From the NCBI RefSeq assembly GCF_018350175.1, contig NC_058368.1, forward strand, positions 94,428,001 to 94,492,000: 64,000 bases of DNA, written 5' to 3'. The position numbers were made by a program, and so were the translations under genes. The DNA is from Felis catus. Lineage: Eukaryota. Below the pieces are notes generated by a model that was not told the DNA's origin, made no database searches, and saw nothing but the letters and a program-made list of their open reading frames with translations. Positions 27,281 through 41,200 of the stretch are shown in pieces (within the stretch, counting starts at the first letter, position 1; each line of letters opens with the position of its first letter).

Positions 27281-28519
27281 ACTAGCCCAATGACCATTTA
27301 ACTGGAAAGCCACAGTCTGAGGAATGAAACCTGGTCCACTCTAATGTCAGCACCTGCTCTCTTTACTACTGCACAAGATGGCCTCTCTGACGTATAAATA
27401 AAACGTTAGAACACCAATAAATGAATGTGGGGGGCACCTGTGTGGCTCACTCACTTGAGCGTTGGACATGGGTTGGTTTGTGAGGACCACCACCTCAGCA
27501 AACAACCCCAATGGTAGATTATTTCCTGACTTTGGAATCTGTGACATGATGGTAGGTTGTCTAATGACATTGAGATGTGTATAGGCAGGGCACGGCCTCA
27601 CAGCACTAGTTACAGGAACTCTTGGTTCCAAAGAGCAGTGACTCCTTTTGACATGACCATGGCCTTCAACATCAGCTCCATGGAAAAATAGCTTTCTGGG
27701 GGCTCCTGGGTGGCTCAGTCGGTTAAGCATCCAACTTTGGCTCAGGTCATGATCTCTCAGTTTGGGGGTTCGAGCCCCACGTTGGGCTCTGTGCTGACAG
27801 CTCAGAGCCTGGACCCTGCTTCAGATTCTGTGTCTCCTCTCTCTGCTCCTCCCCTGTTCATTCTCTGTCTCTCTCTCTTTCTCAAAAATAAACATTAAAA
27901 AAAATTAAAAAAAAAAAAAGAAAAATAGCTTTCTGTTTCTGGTTCTTCCATCCTGGGCAGGAGGGACTTAGGGAGAAGTAGTAAAGTAGAGATTCCAGAA
28001 GAGGCTAGATTCCTGGCCCACAACAGCTGGTTTTCATTAATTTTGTTTTAGATTTTCTTTTTCCATTCTGCTTTATTTTCTTCTTGTATTAAGGACTTAC
28101 CTGTTGTATGTCTCACTATCTTCAAACCCATAATATTAGAGGAATGGATATTTTATCAAAGCACCTGCGTGTGGATTCAATTTGTGATTTAGTTCTCTCT
28201 TCCCCAGAGAGAAAAGTGCCAGAACATCAATCCAGTCACGAGGGTAGCTTATGTGTGGCATTTGGGGATCAAGCAGGGTGGCATCCTATAGACTTGAGGT
28301 ATGGCTCCTTGGAGTAACTGCCTGTGCTGGAGAGTGGAGAGTCCTTTGGTGAACGTCAGGGCATTCTTTCAGAAACCCCTGGAAGGAAACTCCTGGATCT
28401 TAGGGCTGAATTAACCCTTGAGGAGAAGCTGTTTTGGATCTGGCCTGCCAAAGCCTAAAAACGAGCATCAGCAGCACCAAGCTGCGAGTTAACTGTCTGC
28501 CAGAACAAAGTCACAGCTC

Positions 28520-28900
28520 TCTGCAAGTCTGGATCTTCCCTGAGGCCGACACCGAATGCCAAGATGAGATTAAACGTGCAAGGATTTTACGAGGGGAAAT
28601 GCCTGTGGGGAAGGAAATAGGCAGAAAGCCAGGCAAGAACGGAGTGTCATCAGACCTCAGTGTAAATCTAACCCCAAGTAAAGAGAGAGGGGGAGACGTT
28701 GGATGGAAGCGCTCTGACCTGCCCTGAAGTTTATGGCAAGGTTGACAAAGCTGCTGGGGAGTCCTTGAGCCCAGAGATTTCCACCAGAGAGTTCTGTGTC
28801 TCCCTGCCTCACTCAGCGGGGATCAACCCATAGGAGGCATGGCCACCTTTCGGTGATGGCTTTGTAAGCACAGCAGCTGGGGCCCTCCTTCAATTGTATG
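28520..28900 (-). mobile_element. Old ERVL-type LTR fragment
   Basis: GATGAGATTAAACGTGCAAGGATTTTACGAGGGGAAATGCCTGTG pattern; a related fragment lies at ~35240-35670. Confidence 0.5.
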
Positions 28901-29216
28901 CCCCGAAGTTCAGCGAGGTGCCTTCTCATGGCTTCCAAAGACCCCCTGTGCAGATCCACTGTTCCACATTGTTTTGGGGAGCAGCCCCTGTCGTGGGCAC
29001 CCAGGGCATTTTCCTCACCCCCTCCACAGGCTCTGAGCCATGTATCAGGTAGTCTTCCTGTGGTGTCTGCACCTGTTCCCTCTGAGAGCTTCTGAGACCG
29101 TTGCTTTGCAATGCCAGTGGACGCTTTCATTAGTATATTTAGGAGCTGGAAGTCTGGGTCACACGTACCCATCCCAATATTTCTATAATCAGGGGCTTTT
29201 GGATTCCTTCTACTGC

Positions 29217-29625
29217 AGCAATGGTTCTCAACACGAGGACCCACCTGAGGACTTTTAAAAACACAAATGCTTGGGTCCCACCTCAGACTAATTACAAAAA
29301 TATTTGTGGGCATGCGGGCCTCAGAGTCATTTTTAGTTTGAAAACGTTGAGGTGATTCTTTTTTTACAAAGTTTTTAATGTTTATTTATTTTTGAGAGAG
29401 GGAGAGACAGCACGAACAGGGGAAGGGCAGAGAGAGAGAGGGAGACACAGGATCCGAAGCAGGCTCCAGGCTCTGAGCTGTCAGCACAGAGCCTGACGTG
29501 GGGCTCACACTCATGAACTGTGAGATCATGACCTGAGCTGAAGTTGGACGCTTAACCAGCTGAGCCACCCAGGCGCCCAACTTTGAGGTGATTCTAATGC
29601 ACACCCAGGGTTGGAACCACTGCTC
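29217..29625. mobile_element. MER5-like element split by a minus-strand CanSINE (~29360-29579)
   Basis: CAATGGTTCTCAAC...GGTGATTCTAATGCACACCCAGGGTTGGAACCACTG. SINE TSD TTGAGGTGATTCT. Confidence 0.7.
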
Positions 29626-29790
29626 TAATTCTGGCACATCAGGCTCACTGACTGTAGGTTAGTCAGTGAGTTAAACTGCTGAGTTTAGGATCCAGTTAAT
29701 TCCAGTCCAGATCTCCAAGCTAACATATTAAATATGGAGTCTTCAATGAGTTCACCAATATCAAGAAATTTGACCTGATTCAATCTTACG

Positions 29791-30434
29791 CAGTAAAACC
29801 TTGGTTTGTGCTTATAATTTGTTCTGGAAACACGCTTGTAATCCAAAGCACTTGTATATCAAAGGGAATTTCCTCATAAGAAATAATGGGAACTCAGATA
29901 AGTGGTTCCACAACCCCAAAATATTCATATAAAAAGGATTACAATACTGTAATATAATACAAAATAATAAATATAAAGTATTGTAGGCTGTAATAAAATA
30001 CAAGATATAAAGAAAAATAAACAGATTAACCTGCACTTACCTTTGAAAACCTTCGTGGCTGGTGTGAGAAAGACAAAAGAGACAAGGGTTATTATGTAGG
30101 ATGACTTTCACTATCACTAACGGATGTCGACTACAGTACAGTATTAATAAACTCTTGTCATCTACTGTATTTAATGTAACTGGCAGTAAGACAGAAAAGG
30201 AAAGGGTCTATATCTGCAGGCAGCCTGACTTATACTGAAGCAAAGCATTCCTAAACTTACTCTTACAGGGAAAAGCAAAGAACTGTCCATAGGTGCTTTG
30301 AGGTGACAAAAAATACATTAGTTCCAGTTGTGGGCACTTTGCAACGTTCTGAAAAATCGCTGATTTCTGCCAAACACTGTGGCCTGCGACCAAGCATCCA
30401 AACATGAGAGACCATCACCCACAATCCCACAGAA

Positions 30435-30488
<54 letters not shown>

Positions 30489-30643
30489 ACCATTGGGTCA
30501 GATGTGATCATGTAATGTTAGGCATCACGTACTACTCGTATTGCAAGACATCGCTCGTTTATCAAGTTAAAATGTATTAGAAATGTTTGTTCATCTTGCA
30601 GAACACTTGCAGAACAAGTTACTTGCAATCCAAGGTTTTACTG
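29791..30643. mobile_element. Non-autonomous Tc1/mariner (Tigger/pogo-like) DNA transposon
   Basis: TIRs CAGTAAAACCTTGG (29791-29804) and CCAAGGTTTTACTG (30630-30643). No transposase ORF. Internal (GA)n. Confidence 0.85.
30438..30485. repeat. (GA)n microsatellite inside the Tigger element
   Basis: Direct read. Confidence 0.95.
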
Positions 30644-31527
30644 TGTTTGGTGTAACACCCTTAGAATCTATTCCCATATATGCTCCCCAAGCTTCTGGGG
30701 GAATTGGAAGAACCCAGATGTGCAGGCTCTCTTCCTGGAGAAGGAATAGAGCACTTCTTCTTCTGGGCTATTTTACGGTCTCATTTTAAGCCTTAGGGCA
30801 ATGAGAAGTGAGTGAGTGAAGCCTGAGAATAAGTATCTCTTTATAAGGCACCTGCTCCAGATGAGGCACAAAGGTGTTTCCACAAGAAGACACTGTTTCC
30901 TCAGACAGAGTGGAGGGTTGCTTCCCCCGGTAGAGAAGGGTCTGAGGGAACTGATGGCTTGAAATTCTCAGCTTTGTTTTTGTCCAAATATCCTCATGCC
31001 CCTTCTCAGCCTCCTACTCTTTTCCAAACAGTGCCCTTACCTTAGCATTTATAGACCTGGTGGGGTTGCCCATTTAACTGATGTAGCAACCAGGGCCCTA
31101 ATCCAAACTATGCTCGTCTCCCATATGACCATAAGATGGTCACAGGATATGAGATGAGATAAGGGACTTCTTTAAAGTAACTGTAGAAGTTTTCTGAATG
31201 TTCACTTATACCTTGGAATGGGAATTTAAAGCCTTATACTTATCTTTCGCTTTTTGGCTCTCCCTGGGGCATTCGGAAGAAGCCATAATAATCCATAACC
31301 CTCATAATCACCAGCTCAGTCAACAGCTCAGTCCTACAGCCTCTCCATCTCTCAATGCCTTGCTTTCTCCCTATAATCCATCCTGTGCTGCCATTGGTGA
31401 AGATCTGGGTAAGCACCATCCCATAAAGGAGGATATTCATGTGCTCTTGAAATATGTGAGCTGCCCAATCCCATAGTCACATTTCGAGAGTCTGTTTCCT
31501 GGGACGTATATTCCTGATTAGATGATT

Positions 31528-32000
31528 GTATCAGGTCCCAACAGAAAACACATTGCACAATCCAAGGGTTTAACTGGAGGGAATTTAGCAAAGCGGCTGT
31601 TTCTGGAGTTGTGGACATGATAAAGGGAAGCAAAAAGGAATCATCACACACCCAGGGATTAGCAACCACGAGAAGTCGTTGCCACACTTGGACCCCAAGT
31701 GGCAAGAGGAAATGGTTGTACCAGTCCCTGGAGAGAGCTGGATTGTGCAAGAGAACCCCTCCACAGGAGCTGAGACTACAGACAGGCTCAGCGCCTGCCA
31801 GAATCATAGAGCTGAGTGAGGTCCAGAAGGAGTCAGGGGGAAGAAGTACCTCAACCTCTCTCTGCCTTTTGATCTCTTGATGACGCCTCCCACTGGTCAA
31901 ACTCATCTGGACTCAGAGGTCAAGAGAGGCTGGCTGATGCAGTTAGCAAAGATCAGCCTCCTACAGCAGAGCACAAGGCAAAAATTGAATTAGGTGATGG
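31528..32000 (-). mobile_element. LTR33-like ERVL LTR
   Basis: TGTATCAGGTCCCAACAGAAAACACATTGCACA...CCTCCCACTGGTCAAACTCA. Confidence 0.6.
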
Positions 32001-32899
32001 GAAACTGAGAATAATTTGCCCGAGATACCAATCTGTGTCCAAAAAACTGCTGCAGGAGCAAAACAGATCATTTTGAAATCTCTGCTGATCGTAGCCTTTG
32101 CTACCTATGAATTTATCTTTGGCCACCGATGAGATGCTTCCAGGATATGGGAATTAAAATAAATATTTTATTATTCTTGATCTTATTTTGATACTATCCC
32201 TCCACGGAGAAGCTTCTTAGTGAGGTCGTAATAGAACCAGGAAGGAAAATGAGATGATCTCTTAGCCTACTGTTCGGTTCTCTATCTTAACTCCAGAACA
32301 TTCCCTGTTTTGCTTTTGTATGGTGAACCTGACTGACACAAATGCTGAAGCTTCACTTGATGCTGGCTAAGAGCCTTCTGGCCTCTGAGCAGGCTGAGTG
32401 AGATGCCGATTATAGGGCAGGGCTCAGTAAAGCTCTCGCCTTCTCAGGGCATAGGAAATGGGGTGGAGTGGTGGTAATTTCAGACAGAACCCTGGAGAAC
32501 TGAAGCTGTAGTTGGCAGCTCTGAGCCTCATTTTGGGGGTGAACCTCGTTGCTTTCCTATGGCTCATAAACTGTGTGATAAACGATAACCACACTGTGAG
32601 TGATTTCTGTGCATTCTTAGATAAAAATAACGTTTGGCATTACACAGCATTTTTTCTGAAGTTTAGCTTCGTGGCAGCTTCCTCTTTGTAAGCATTTTAT
32701 GTAAATCCTGAGGCAAGAATGACTGCACTAAACTGTTTTGTTTTTTTTTCCCAAGCATGGCAAAATGGCTAATTGTCTTCAATATCTGTTTGTTCCTCCT
32801 TTTAATAATAGAAGTCTTTCCATAGGATTAGAGAGACAAATCTCGTTTTCCTTAGAGCTAGATAGATACAGCCATATGATTTCCTAATCGTTGGAATAT

Positions 32900-33200
32900 G
32901 AACAAAAAAGACATGTGCAACCCATCTGTGTCCTAAAAGAAAACACTAGCCCTCTACTTTCTCTCTCTTCCCTCCATGGGGCCGGGTTGCAGCTGTATCG
33001 GTGGGCCGGTGCTGAGCGCGTGCACAAGGACGACCCGCTTGGGGGACAGGTGATGTCATGGCCAAGAGCCACCTGCCCACCTTGGATCCTCCACGTAGCT
33101 CTGGACGATCCTGTGAAAAAGTAAACTTCTGTTTTGCTGGAGCCACTGCTCTTTTGTGATCCCTTTGTTACAGCAGCTTAGCCGAACCCTTAACTAACGC
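32900..33200 (+). mobile_element. Old MLT1 LTR fragment
   Basis: AAAGTAAACTTCTGTTTTGCTGGAGCCACTG...TTTGTTACAGCAGCTTAGCC...CCCTAACTAA. Confidence 0.6.
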
Positions 33201-35085
33201 TTCAGGCTCGTCTGGAAATAACAGATGACAACTGGCCATTTTGCGTAAACGTGTCTGAGAAGTTCTCCTGTGATCCTTGACTTCCCATCTCAGTAAACAG
33301 GTGTCCAAACGCAGTATTTTATTGAAAAGCACCTTTATTGGATTTTATGTAATTAAATGGCTAGCTGGAAGAAAGGAAAAGAATTGAGCAGAAATTTAAA
33401 AAAAAATTTTTTTTAATGTTTATTTACTTTTGAGGAAGAGAGAGACAGACGGAGTGTGAATGGGGTAGGAGCAGAGACAGGGTGAGACACAGAATCTGAA
33501 GCAGGCTCCAGACTGTCAGCACAGAACCTGAAGGGGGGCTTGAACTCATGAACCATGAAATAATGACCTGAGCCAAAGTCAGGTGCCCCTACTGAGCCAC
33601 CCAGGTGCCCCTGAGCACAAGTTTGAATGTACATTTTTTAATAGATTGGTTTTCTCCTTCATGTGTTTTTCTTCCTCTCCTTTTTTTTTCCTAGTGACAG
33701 TTTTCCCTACTTCTAGTTCCCACGCCAGACTGTGTTCAAGATACTCCACAGAAAAAAAAAAAACATTCATGACTTCATCTTTCTCTTCTTTACAGTTCGT
33801 TCTCAATTATTATATATCAACTGCCAAAGTCAGGCAGCATGTTTTCCCATTTAGGAGAGAGGGTTGATTTACACAGTCGATCTTTATTTTAAATACATTA
33901 ACTTAGCGAAAGTACCAAAGATATATACCATATGACAGAGTAAGAGAGCTTAACTCTTTGGGGAACTAACTGTTTGGGTCCCATCGTTCATTCCACAAAC
34001 ATTTATTGAACATATTAGGCTGTGAGGGTGCTGTGCTCAGTGTTTCATTAACACTCAGTTCGTGCCTTCTGTGCCAAACGCCTTTCGCGGATGGTTCGTG
34101 TGTCTAGTGTAAGACTGCTAAGTGATGGGGGGAGAGGCCCTCTGTAAAACAGCCTTTCAAGAGAGCACCTGGTACACCCTTCCCGGCTTGCCACTACAAT
34201 ACCCAATCAGCTAGAACTCCACTATCCACTCCTTAGATCAGACACAGTGGTGCCGGTGTAGTGGGGCAGAGAGTGGAGACTATTTCGAGCTTGCGGAACA
34301 CAGCCCTGACTGAGAGCCACCGTCACCATCCGTAAGTGTGTGAGACTCTTGATTTCACTCTCTACTTGGTCAAATATCTTTCTCAATACAAAGCCTGGAT
34401 CCTGTCCTTACCTGAGTCTCGATACTGAGTAGATTTTGTCTTTTTGTGCAGCTGTGCTGTGGGAAGAACACACTTGATGAAGTCTCCAAGAAATACAGAG
34501 AAAAATGACTTAAGAAAAAAATAAGGAGGGGGGGCTCCTGGGTGGCTCAGTCGGTTAAGGGTGTGACTGTTGATTTCTGCTCAGGTCATGATATCATGAT
34601 GAGATCCAGCCAGCCATGGGCCCTGTGCTGACAGCAGGGAGCGTGCTTGGGATTCTCCCTCTGCCTCCTTTCTCTGCCCCTCCCCCACTCGTGCCTACAC
34701 GCACGTGCACGCTCTCTCTCAAAATAAAGACACATTTTTGGGGGTACCTGGGTCGCTCAGCTGGTTGGGCCTCCGACTTCAGCTCAGGTTATGATCTCAC
34801 AGTTGGTGAGTTCCAGCCCCACGTCAGGCTCTGTGCTGACAGCTGGGAGCCTGGGGCCTGCTTTGGATGCCCTGTCTCCCTCTCTCTGCCCTTCCCCAGC
34901 TCGCACTCTCTCTCTCTTTGTCTTTCAAAAGTCAATAAACGTTTAAAAAATTTAAAAACAAATAAACATTTTGAAAAAAAAAATCAATGAAAGAGTCTTT
35001 CTCTTAAACACAATGGCAATAATTTTTGAATTATGAAGATAAAAAAATTCTGTGTATATACTGACAAACGTGTGACAGAACTTTA

Positions 35086-35198
35086 TGTATTTATTTAATT
35101 TACTTATTTTTAAAAATGGAAGGCTTCACGAATTTGCTCACCATCCTTGCTGCAGGGGCCATGCTAATTTTAGTATATGTGGTTGCCGAAGCGAGCAC
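35086..35198 (-). pseudogene. U6 snRNA processed pseudogene with an internal deletion and A-rich tail
   Basis: Minus strand 35198-35112 reads GTGCTCGCTTCGGCAACCACATATACTAAAATTAGCATGGCCCCTGCAGCAAGGATGGTGAGCAAATTCGTGAAGCCTTCCATTTTT, then an A-rich tail. Imperfect TSD at 35070-35085 and 35199-35214 (13/16 identical). Confidence 0.93.
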
Positions 35199-35919
35199 GT
35201 GCCACAGAATTTTAAACAGGACTTGTTCTATCATGTGCTAGTGTGGGTGGTCCAAGAAGCTCCAAGATGGGATTAGATGTGGAAAGGATTTGCTGGGGGA
35301 ACTAAGTGCGAGGGAAAGGTCATGGAGCCAGGGGAGGTGGGTCAGCCTTCGGACTGTGATGCTGTTGTGACTTTCTCCGTTGGAGGGAGGGAAGAGGAGG
35401 GCTGGATAAGAAGCGTCTCAGACTACAGCGCTGGGTTAAGAAAGTTTCTGGCAGACCAATGGGAAGTTTTTCAGCTAAACTTGTCCTTCCTAGGGCCTTC
35501 ATTAACATCCCTGCTAGGCTCAGTCATTCATTGGCCCGGAGGAGCCCAAGGAGGCGTGGCCTCAGCATAGACAGGAAATAGCGGAGGGGAGCGGGGTTCA
35601 CAGCAGCAGCTGGAGCTGTCAGTCAATTGCATTTTCTCTCCAGCCCGAAGGATACACTTTCATGGTCACCGCATGCAATCAGCCAAAATCCTAAACCTGA
35701 GAACCATAGATGGTAAATATTGACTCCTTTACAGTTTAGACACACGTAAGCAGGACTTGGTAACTGACAGCGGAAGTAGTCTAGAGACTGGTACCCCAAC
35801 CAAGCTCTATAAGGAAAGGCTACAATTTGGAATTTCCAAAGAAAATAGTTGAAAGGAAATTTCTCTCTTCCTGGAAGGCTACTATTCTCTCTTCAGTTAT
35901 CTCTATCCTGCTTTAATAT

Positions 35920-36990
35920 CAGGTATGTGACATATATATCCAGCAAAGGACTCATATCAAAAAAATATGTAGTCAATAAGAAAAAGACCACCGATGGAAG
36001 AACATGCAACACCCTTGAATAAGCCCTCCACAAATGAGGAACTCCAAAGACCTAACGATTATGTGAAAAAGTCCTTAGCTTCACTGTAAATCAAAGAGGT
36101 GAAAACTGAAACCACACACCAAAGCAGCTAAAAATCACAAGACGGGTAATATTACATATTAGCAAAGTTATGGAAGACTGGGAACTCTCCCACACAGCTG
36201 TTCAGAGTGTGCCTTAGTACCACTAGTAGCTTTGCAACCTCTACTTAAGTTGAAGGTACACACATATTGTATAATTTAATAATTTCATGCCTAGATATAT
36301 ACTCAACAAAAATATATACCAGAATACATATATACAAGAGTACTTATAGCATCATTTTTCATAATAGGTCCTTATTAAAAATAACTCAAATATCTATCAA
36401 CAGTAGAATGGACAAATCATGGAATATACATGCAATGGAATACTGTAAACTCCATTAAAAATTAAGAATAAATCAAAAGTTGAGGCACCTGGGTGGCTCA
36501 GTCAGTTAAGCACCAGACTTCAGCTCAGGTCATGATCTCACGGTCTGTGGGTTGGAGTCCCACATCAGGCTCTATGCTGACAGCTCAGAGCCTGGAGTCT
36601 GCTTCAGATTCTGTGTCTCCCTCTCTCTCTGTCCCTCCCTTTCTCGCACTCTGTCTCTTTCTCCCAAAAATGAATAAACACTAAAAAAAAAAAAAAAAAA
36701 AAAAAAAGAGTAACTCAAAAGTTAAATGCATTATCATGCATAAATCTGACAAACATAATGTTGAACCAAAAAAGCCAGACATCAAAGAGTAATATTAATG
36801 TTCTTTTCTATATAAAGTCTAAAAATAGTAAAAACTAATATATAAGGATTAGAGATGCACATATAGATGGTAAGATGACACAGAAAACAAAGTGAATATT
36901 GTAAAACTAAGAAGACAGGAGTTTTAGGGGGAAGCGGGATTTACCATCAGGAGGGAATTGTAACAAGGTTTCTAGGGGATGGTGGTAATG
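35920..36990 (+). mobile_element. Very old L1M 3' fragment containing a SINE at ~36481-36710
   Basis: AAAGGACTCATATC...TATCTATCAACAGTAGAATGGACAAAT...AAAAGCCAGACA. Confidence 0.7.
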
Positions 36991-37594
36991 TTTTCTTTCT
37001 TTTTTCTTTTTTTTAAAAAAAATTTTAATGTTTATTTATTTTTGAGAGAGAGAGAGAGTGCGAGTGGGGAAAGAGCAGGGAGACACAGAATCTGAAGCAG
37101 GCTCTAGTCTCTCAGCTGTTAGCACAGAACCCGATGTGGGGCTCAAACTCACAGACTGCGAGATCATGATCTGAGCTGAAGTCGGACGCTTAACCAACTG
37201 AGCCACCCAGGTACCCCACTTTCTTTTTTCTTATTTCTTCTGGTCTTTTTTTTTTTGTTAATGTTTATTTATTTTGAGAGAGAGAGAGAGAGGGAACACA
37301 ACTGGAGGAGGGGCAGAGAGAGAGGGAGACAGAGAATCCCAAGCAGGCTCTGCATTGTCAGCGGCCATGTGGGGTTCGATCTCACAAACCATGAGATCAT
37401 GACCCAAGCCACAATCATTTGGGGAGCCTGGGTGGCTCAGTCGGTTAAGCATCTGACTTCAGCTCAGGTCATGATCTCACAATTCTGTTCATGCTTGGGT
37501 TCAAGCCCCGCATTGGTCTTTGTACTGACAGCTCAGAGCCTGGAGCCTGCTTTGGATTCTGTATCTTCTTCTCTCTCTGCCCCTCCCCTGCTTG

Positions 37595-37626
<32 letters not shown>

Positions 37627-38259
37627 AATAAATAAGCATTAAAAGAAAACCTTAAAAAAAAAAAAAAGAGTTGGATGGCTAACCGACTGAGCTACCCAGG
37701 TGCTTTTTTTTTTTTTAATTTTTTTTTGAAAGAGAGAGAGAGAGAGAGAGAGGCACTGAGTGGGGGAGGGGGCAGAGGGAAAGAGAGAGGATCTTAAGCA
37801 GGCTACACGCTCAACTCAGAGCCTGACTTGGGGCTTGATCCTATGACCCTAGGATCATGACCTGAGCCAATATCAAGAATTGGGCCCTCAACCGACTAAG
37901 CCACTCAGGCACCCCTCTTCTAATCTTTTATTCCAACACAGTATTTATTTTTTCCAAAAAGATTCTTATTTTTTCCCCTAGAAGCTCAACTGTTACATTT
38001 CCAAAGCAACACATACAATTGTAAACAAGCATTCATGGACTAAAACACCCAGACAGTGACAACAACTCTTGACCTAATGCTGTCTGCATATTCCTGAATT
38101 TTATTGAGTAATAGATCTTGATCACTATTAATAATAAAATCTTACTATTATGCTTAGATTTACAGTCTGTTTTTAATGGTGTGTATATATATAATGTATA
38201 TATATCATATATATGTGTGTACATGATGTATATATCATATATATCTCTATATATATCAT

Positions 38260-41200
38260 AAGCTTTACCATTTTAACCATTTCTCAGTGTATAATTCAAT
38301 GGCATTAAATACATTCACACTGTTGTGTAAACATTACCACTATCTATACCTGAAGCTTTTTCATCAATCCCAACAAAAACTTTTTACCCATTAAACAATA
38401 ATTTTCCCTTTCCCCTCCCCCCAGGCCCTGGTAACCTCTAACCTGCCTTCTGTCTCTGTGTGTTTGCCTCTTCCAGGTAACATCATATAACCTCACACGA
38501 TCACACAATATTTACTTTTCTGTGTCAGCTTACTTTCCTAAGCATGCTTTCAAATCCCATCCGTGTAGCATAAATCAACATTTCAATCCTTTTCATGGCA
38601 GAATAATATTCCATTGTATGTATATACCACATTGTGTTTATACACTCATCTGTTGCTGGACATTTGGGTTTCTACCTTTTGGGTGTTGTGAGAAATGTTG
38701 CTATGAACGTTGGTATACAAATGTCTTTTTGATTCCCTGTTTTCAATTATTATGGATATATATACATAGGAGTAGGATATGCTTGGTCATATGGAAGTTC
38801 TGTGTTTAATCTTTTGAGAAACCACCAAACCGTTTTCCACAGAGGCTGCATCATTTTACGTTCCCACCAGCAATGCATGATAGTTTTTCCACATCCTTGC
38901 CAATACTTAGTTTACTTTTTTTTTAATTGTAGCAATCCTAATGGGTATGAAATTGTATCTCATTGTGGTTTTAATTTGCATTCCCTAATAAGTAATGATG
39001 TGAGGCATCTTTTTATGTGCTTATTTGACTGCTTGCCTGTCTTCTTTGGAGAATTGTCGATTCAAGTCATTTTCCCATTTTTGAATTGGGTTGTTTGTTT
39101 TTTGTTGTTGAATTGTAGGAGTTGTTTCTATATTAATAAAATAACATATTAGTATTATTGTAGTATATCAATATTATATTAATTAATAATTACATTATAA
39201 TATAACTATTAATATATAACATAATTATATTAACGTTAATTACTATGCTCATATTCATGAATATAATTATTAATATATACTATATTATATTACATATAAG
39301 GTATGTTAATACCTTATCAGATATATAATATACAAATATTCTCATTCTTTAGGTTCTTTTGTTTTCTTGATAGTATCTTTTGAAGCACAAAAGTACTTAA
39401 TTTTGATAATGTCCAACTTAAGTTTCTTTTACTCTCTGTGTCTTTGATATCACATTCATGAAGTCATCACTAAATCCCATGTCATAAATACTTTCTCCAA
39501 TGTTTTCTTCTACAAGTTTTAGGTTTTTAGCTTTTATGTTTAGGTCTTTGATCCACTTTGAGTTTATTATTTTTAGATGGTGTGAAGTAAGGTTCCAGTT
39601 TCATTCTTTTGTGTATGGATATCCAGTTTTCCTAGCACCATCTGTTGAAAAGACTGTCCTTCCCCCATTGAACAGTCTCAGCATACTTGTGGAAAGTCAA
39701 CTGACCAGGAGCACGTGGGTAGCTCAGTTGGTTAAGCATCTGACTCTTGATTTCGGCTCAGGTCATGATCTCACGGTTGTGAGATGGAGCCCCACGTCAG
39801 GTTCTGCTCTGGGTGTGGAGCCTGCTTAAGAATCTCTCTCTTCCTCTCCTTCTGCCCCTCCCCAACGTTCTCTATCTCTCTCTAAAGAAATACAATTATA
39901 ATCAACTGACCATATACAAAACTTTATTTCTGGGCTCTCTATTTTATTCTGTTGATCTATATATTTATCCCCATGCCAGTGCCACACTGTTTTAATTACT
40001 TTAGCTTTATATTGAATTTCAAAGTCAAGAAGTGTTTGTCCATCAACTTTCTAAAGATTACATTGGCTATTTGGGGCCATTGTAAATCATATGAATTTGA
40101 GTACCGGCTTTTCTATTTCTGTAAAATAGGCTGTTGGGATTTTGATAGGGATTGTGTTGAATCTGTATGTCATTTTGTGTGACATTAACATCTTAACAAT
40201 GTTAAGTTTTCTTATTGATGAATATGGGATATCTTTCCATTTATTTAGATTTTCTTTAAATCATTTCAGCAATGTTTTATCATTTTCATCATATAAGTCT
40301 TTCACGTTCTTGTTTCGATTTATTCCTAAGTATTTGATTCTTTTAGATGCTATTTTAAACAGAATTGCTTTCCCAATTTCCCTTTCAGACTGTTCATTGC
40401 TGGCATATAGAAACAGAATCGATTTTTGTGTGTTGATCTTATATCCTGCAACTTTGCTGAGTTCATTTTTTAGCTACAATACCTTTCATGTGAATTCTTT
40501 GGGATTTTCTGTACATAGGATCATGTCTTCTGCAAACAGAGATAATTTTATCTCTTTTTTTCCAATTTGGGTTGCTTTTATTTATTTATTTTTTTCTTGT
40601 CTAATAGCTCTGGCTAGAACTTGCAGTACAATGTTGAATAGCAGCAATAAAGGCAAACACGCTTGTCTTGTTCCTGATCTTTGGGCGGGGGGGAGTATTC
40701 AGTCTTTCACTGTTGAATATGTTATCAGTTGTGGGCTTTTCATAAATATTCTTTATCATGTTGAGTAACTTTCCTTCTATTCCTAGTGTCTGAGAAGTTT
40801 TATCAATATAAGTTTTTATAAATAAAAGGTTATATTCTGTGAAATGCTTTTTTTCTGTATCAATTGAGATGATCATGCTCTATTAATGTGTTGATGCATT
40901 TTCTTGTGTTGAACCACCTTTCCATTTGGGGTACAAATTCCACTTGGTCATGATGAATAATCCTTTTAACTCTCCTGGATTTTATTTGCTAATATTTTCT
41001 GGAGAATTTTGCAAGTATATTCATAAAGATTTTTCTTTAATGTTTATGTATTTATTTTGAAAGAGAGGACAGAGTATGAGCAGGAGAGGGGCAGAGAGAG
41101 AGGGAGACACAGAATCGGAAGCAGGCTCCAGGCTCTGAGCTGTCAGCATAGATGCAGGGCTTGAACTCACGGACCATGAGATCATGTCCTGAACCAAAGT

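Noticed and set aside
40142..40768. 208-aa hydrophobic plus-strand ORF
   Set aside because: Antisense reading of L1 ORF2.
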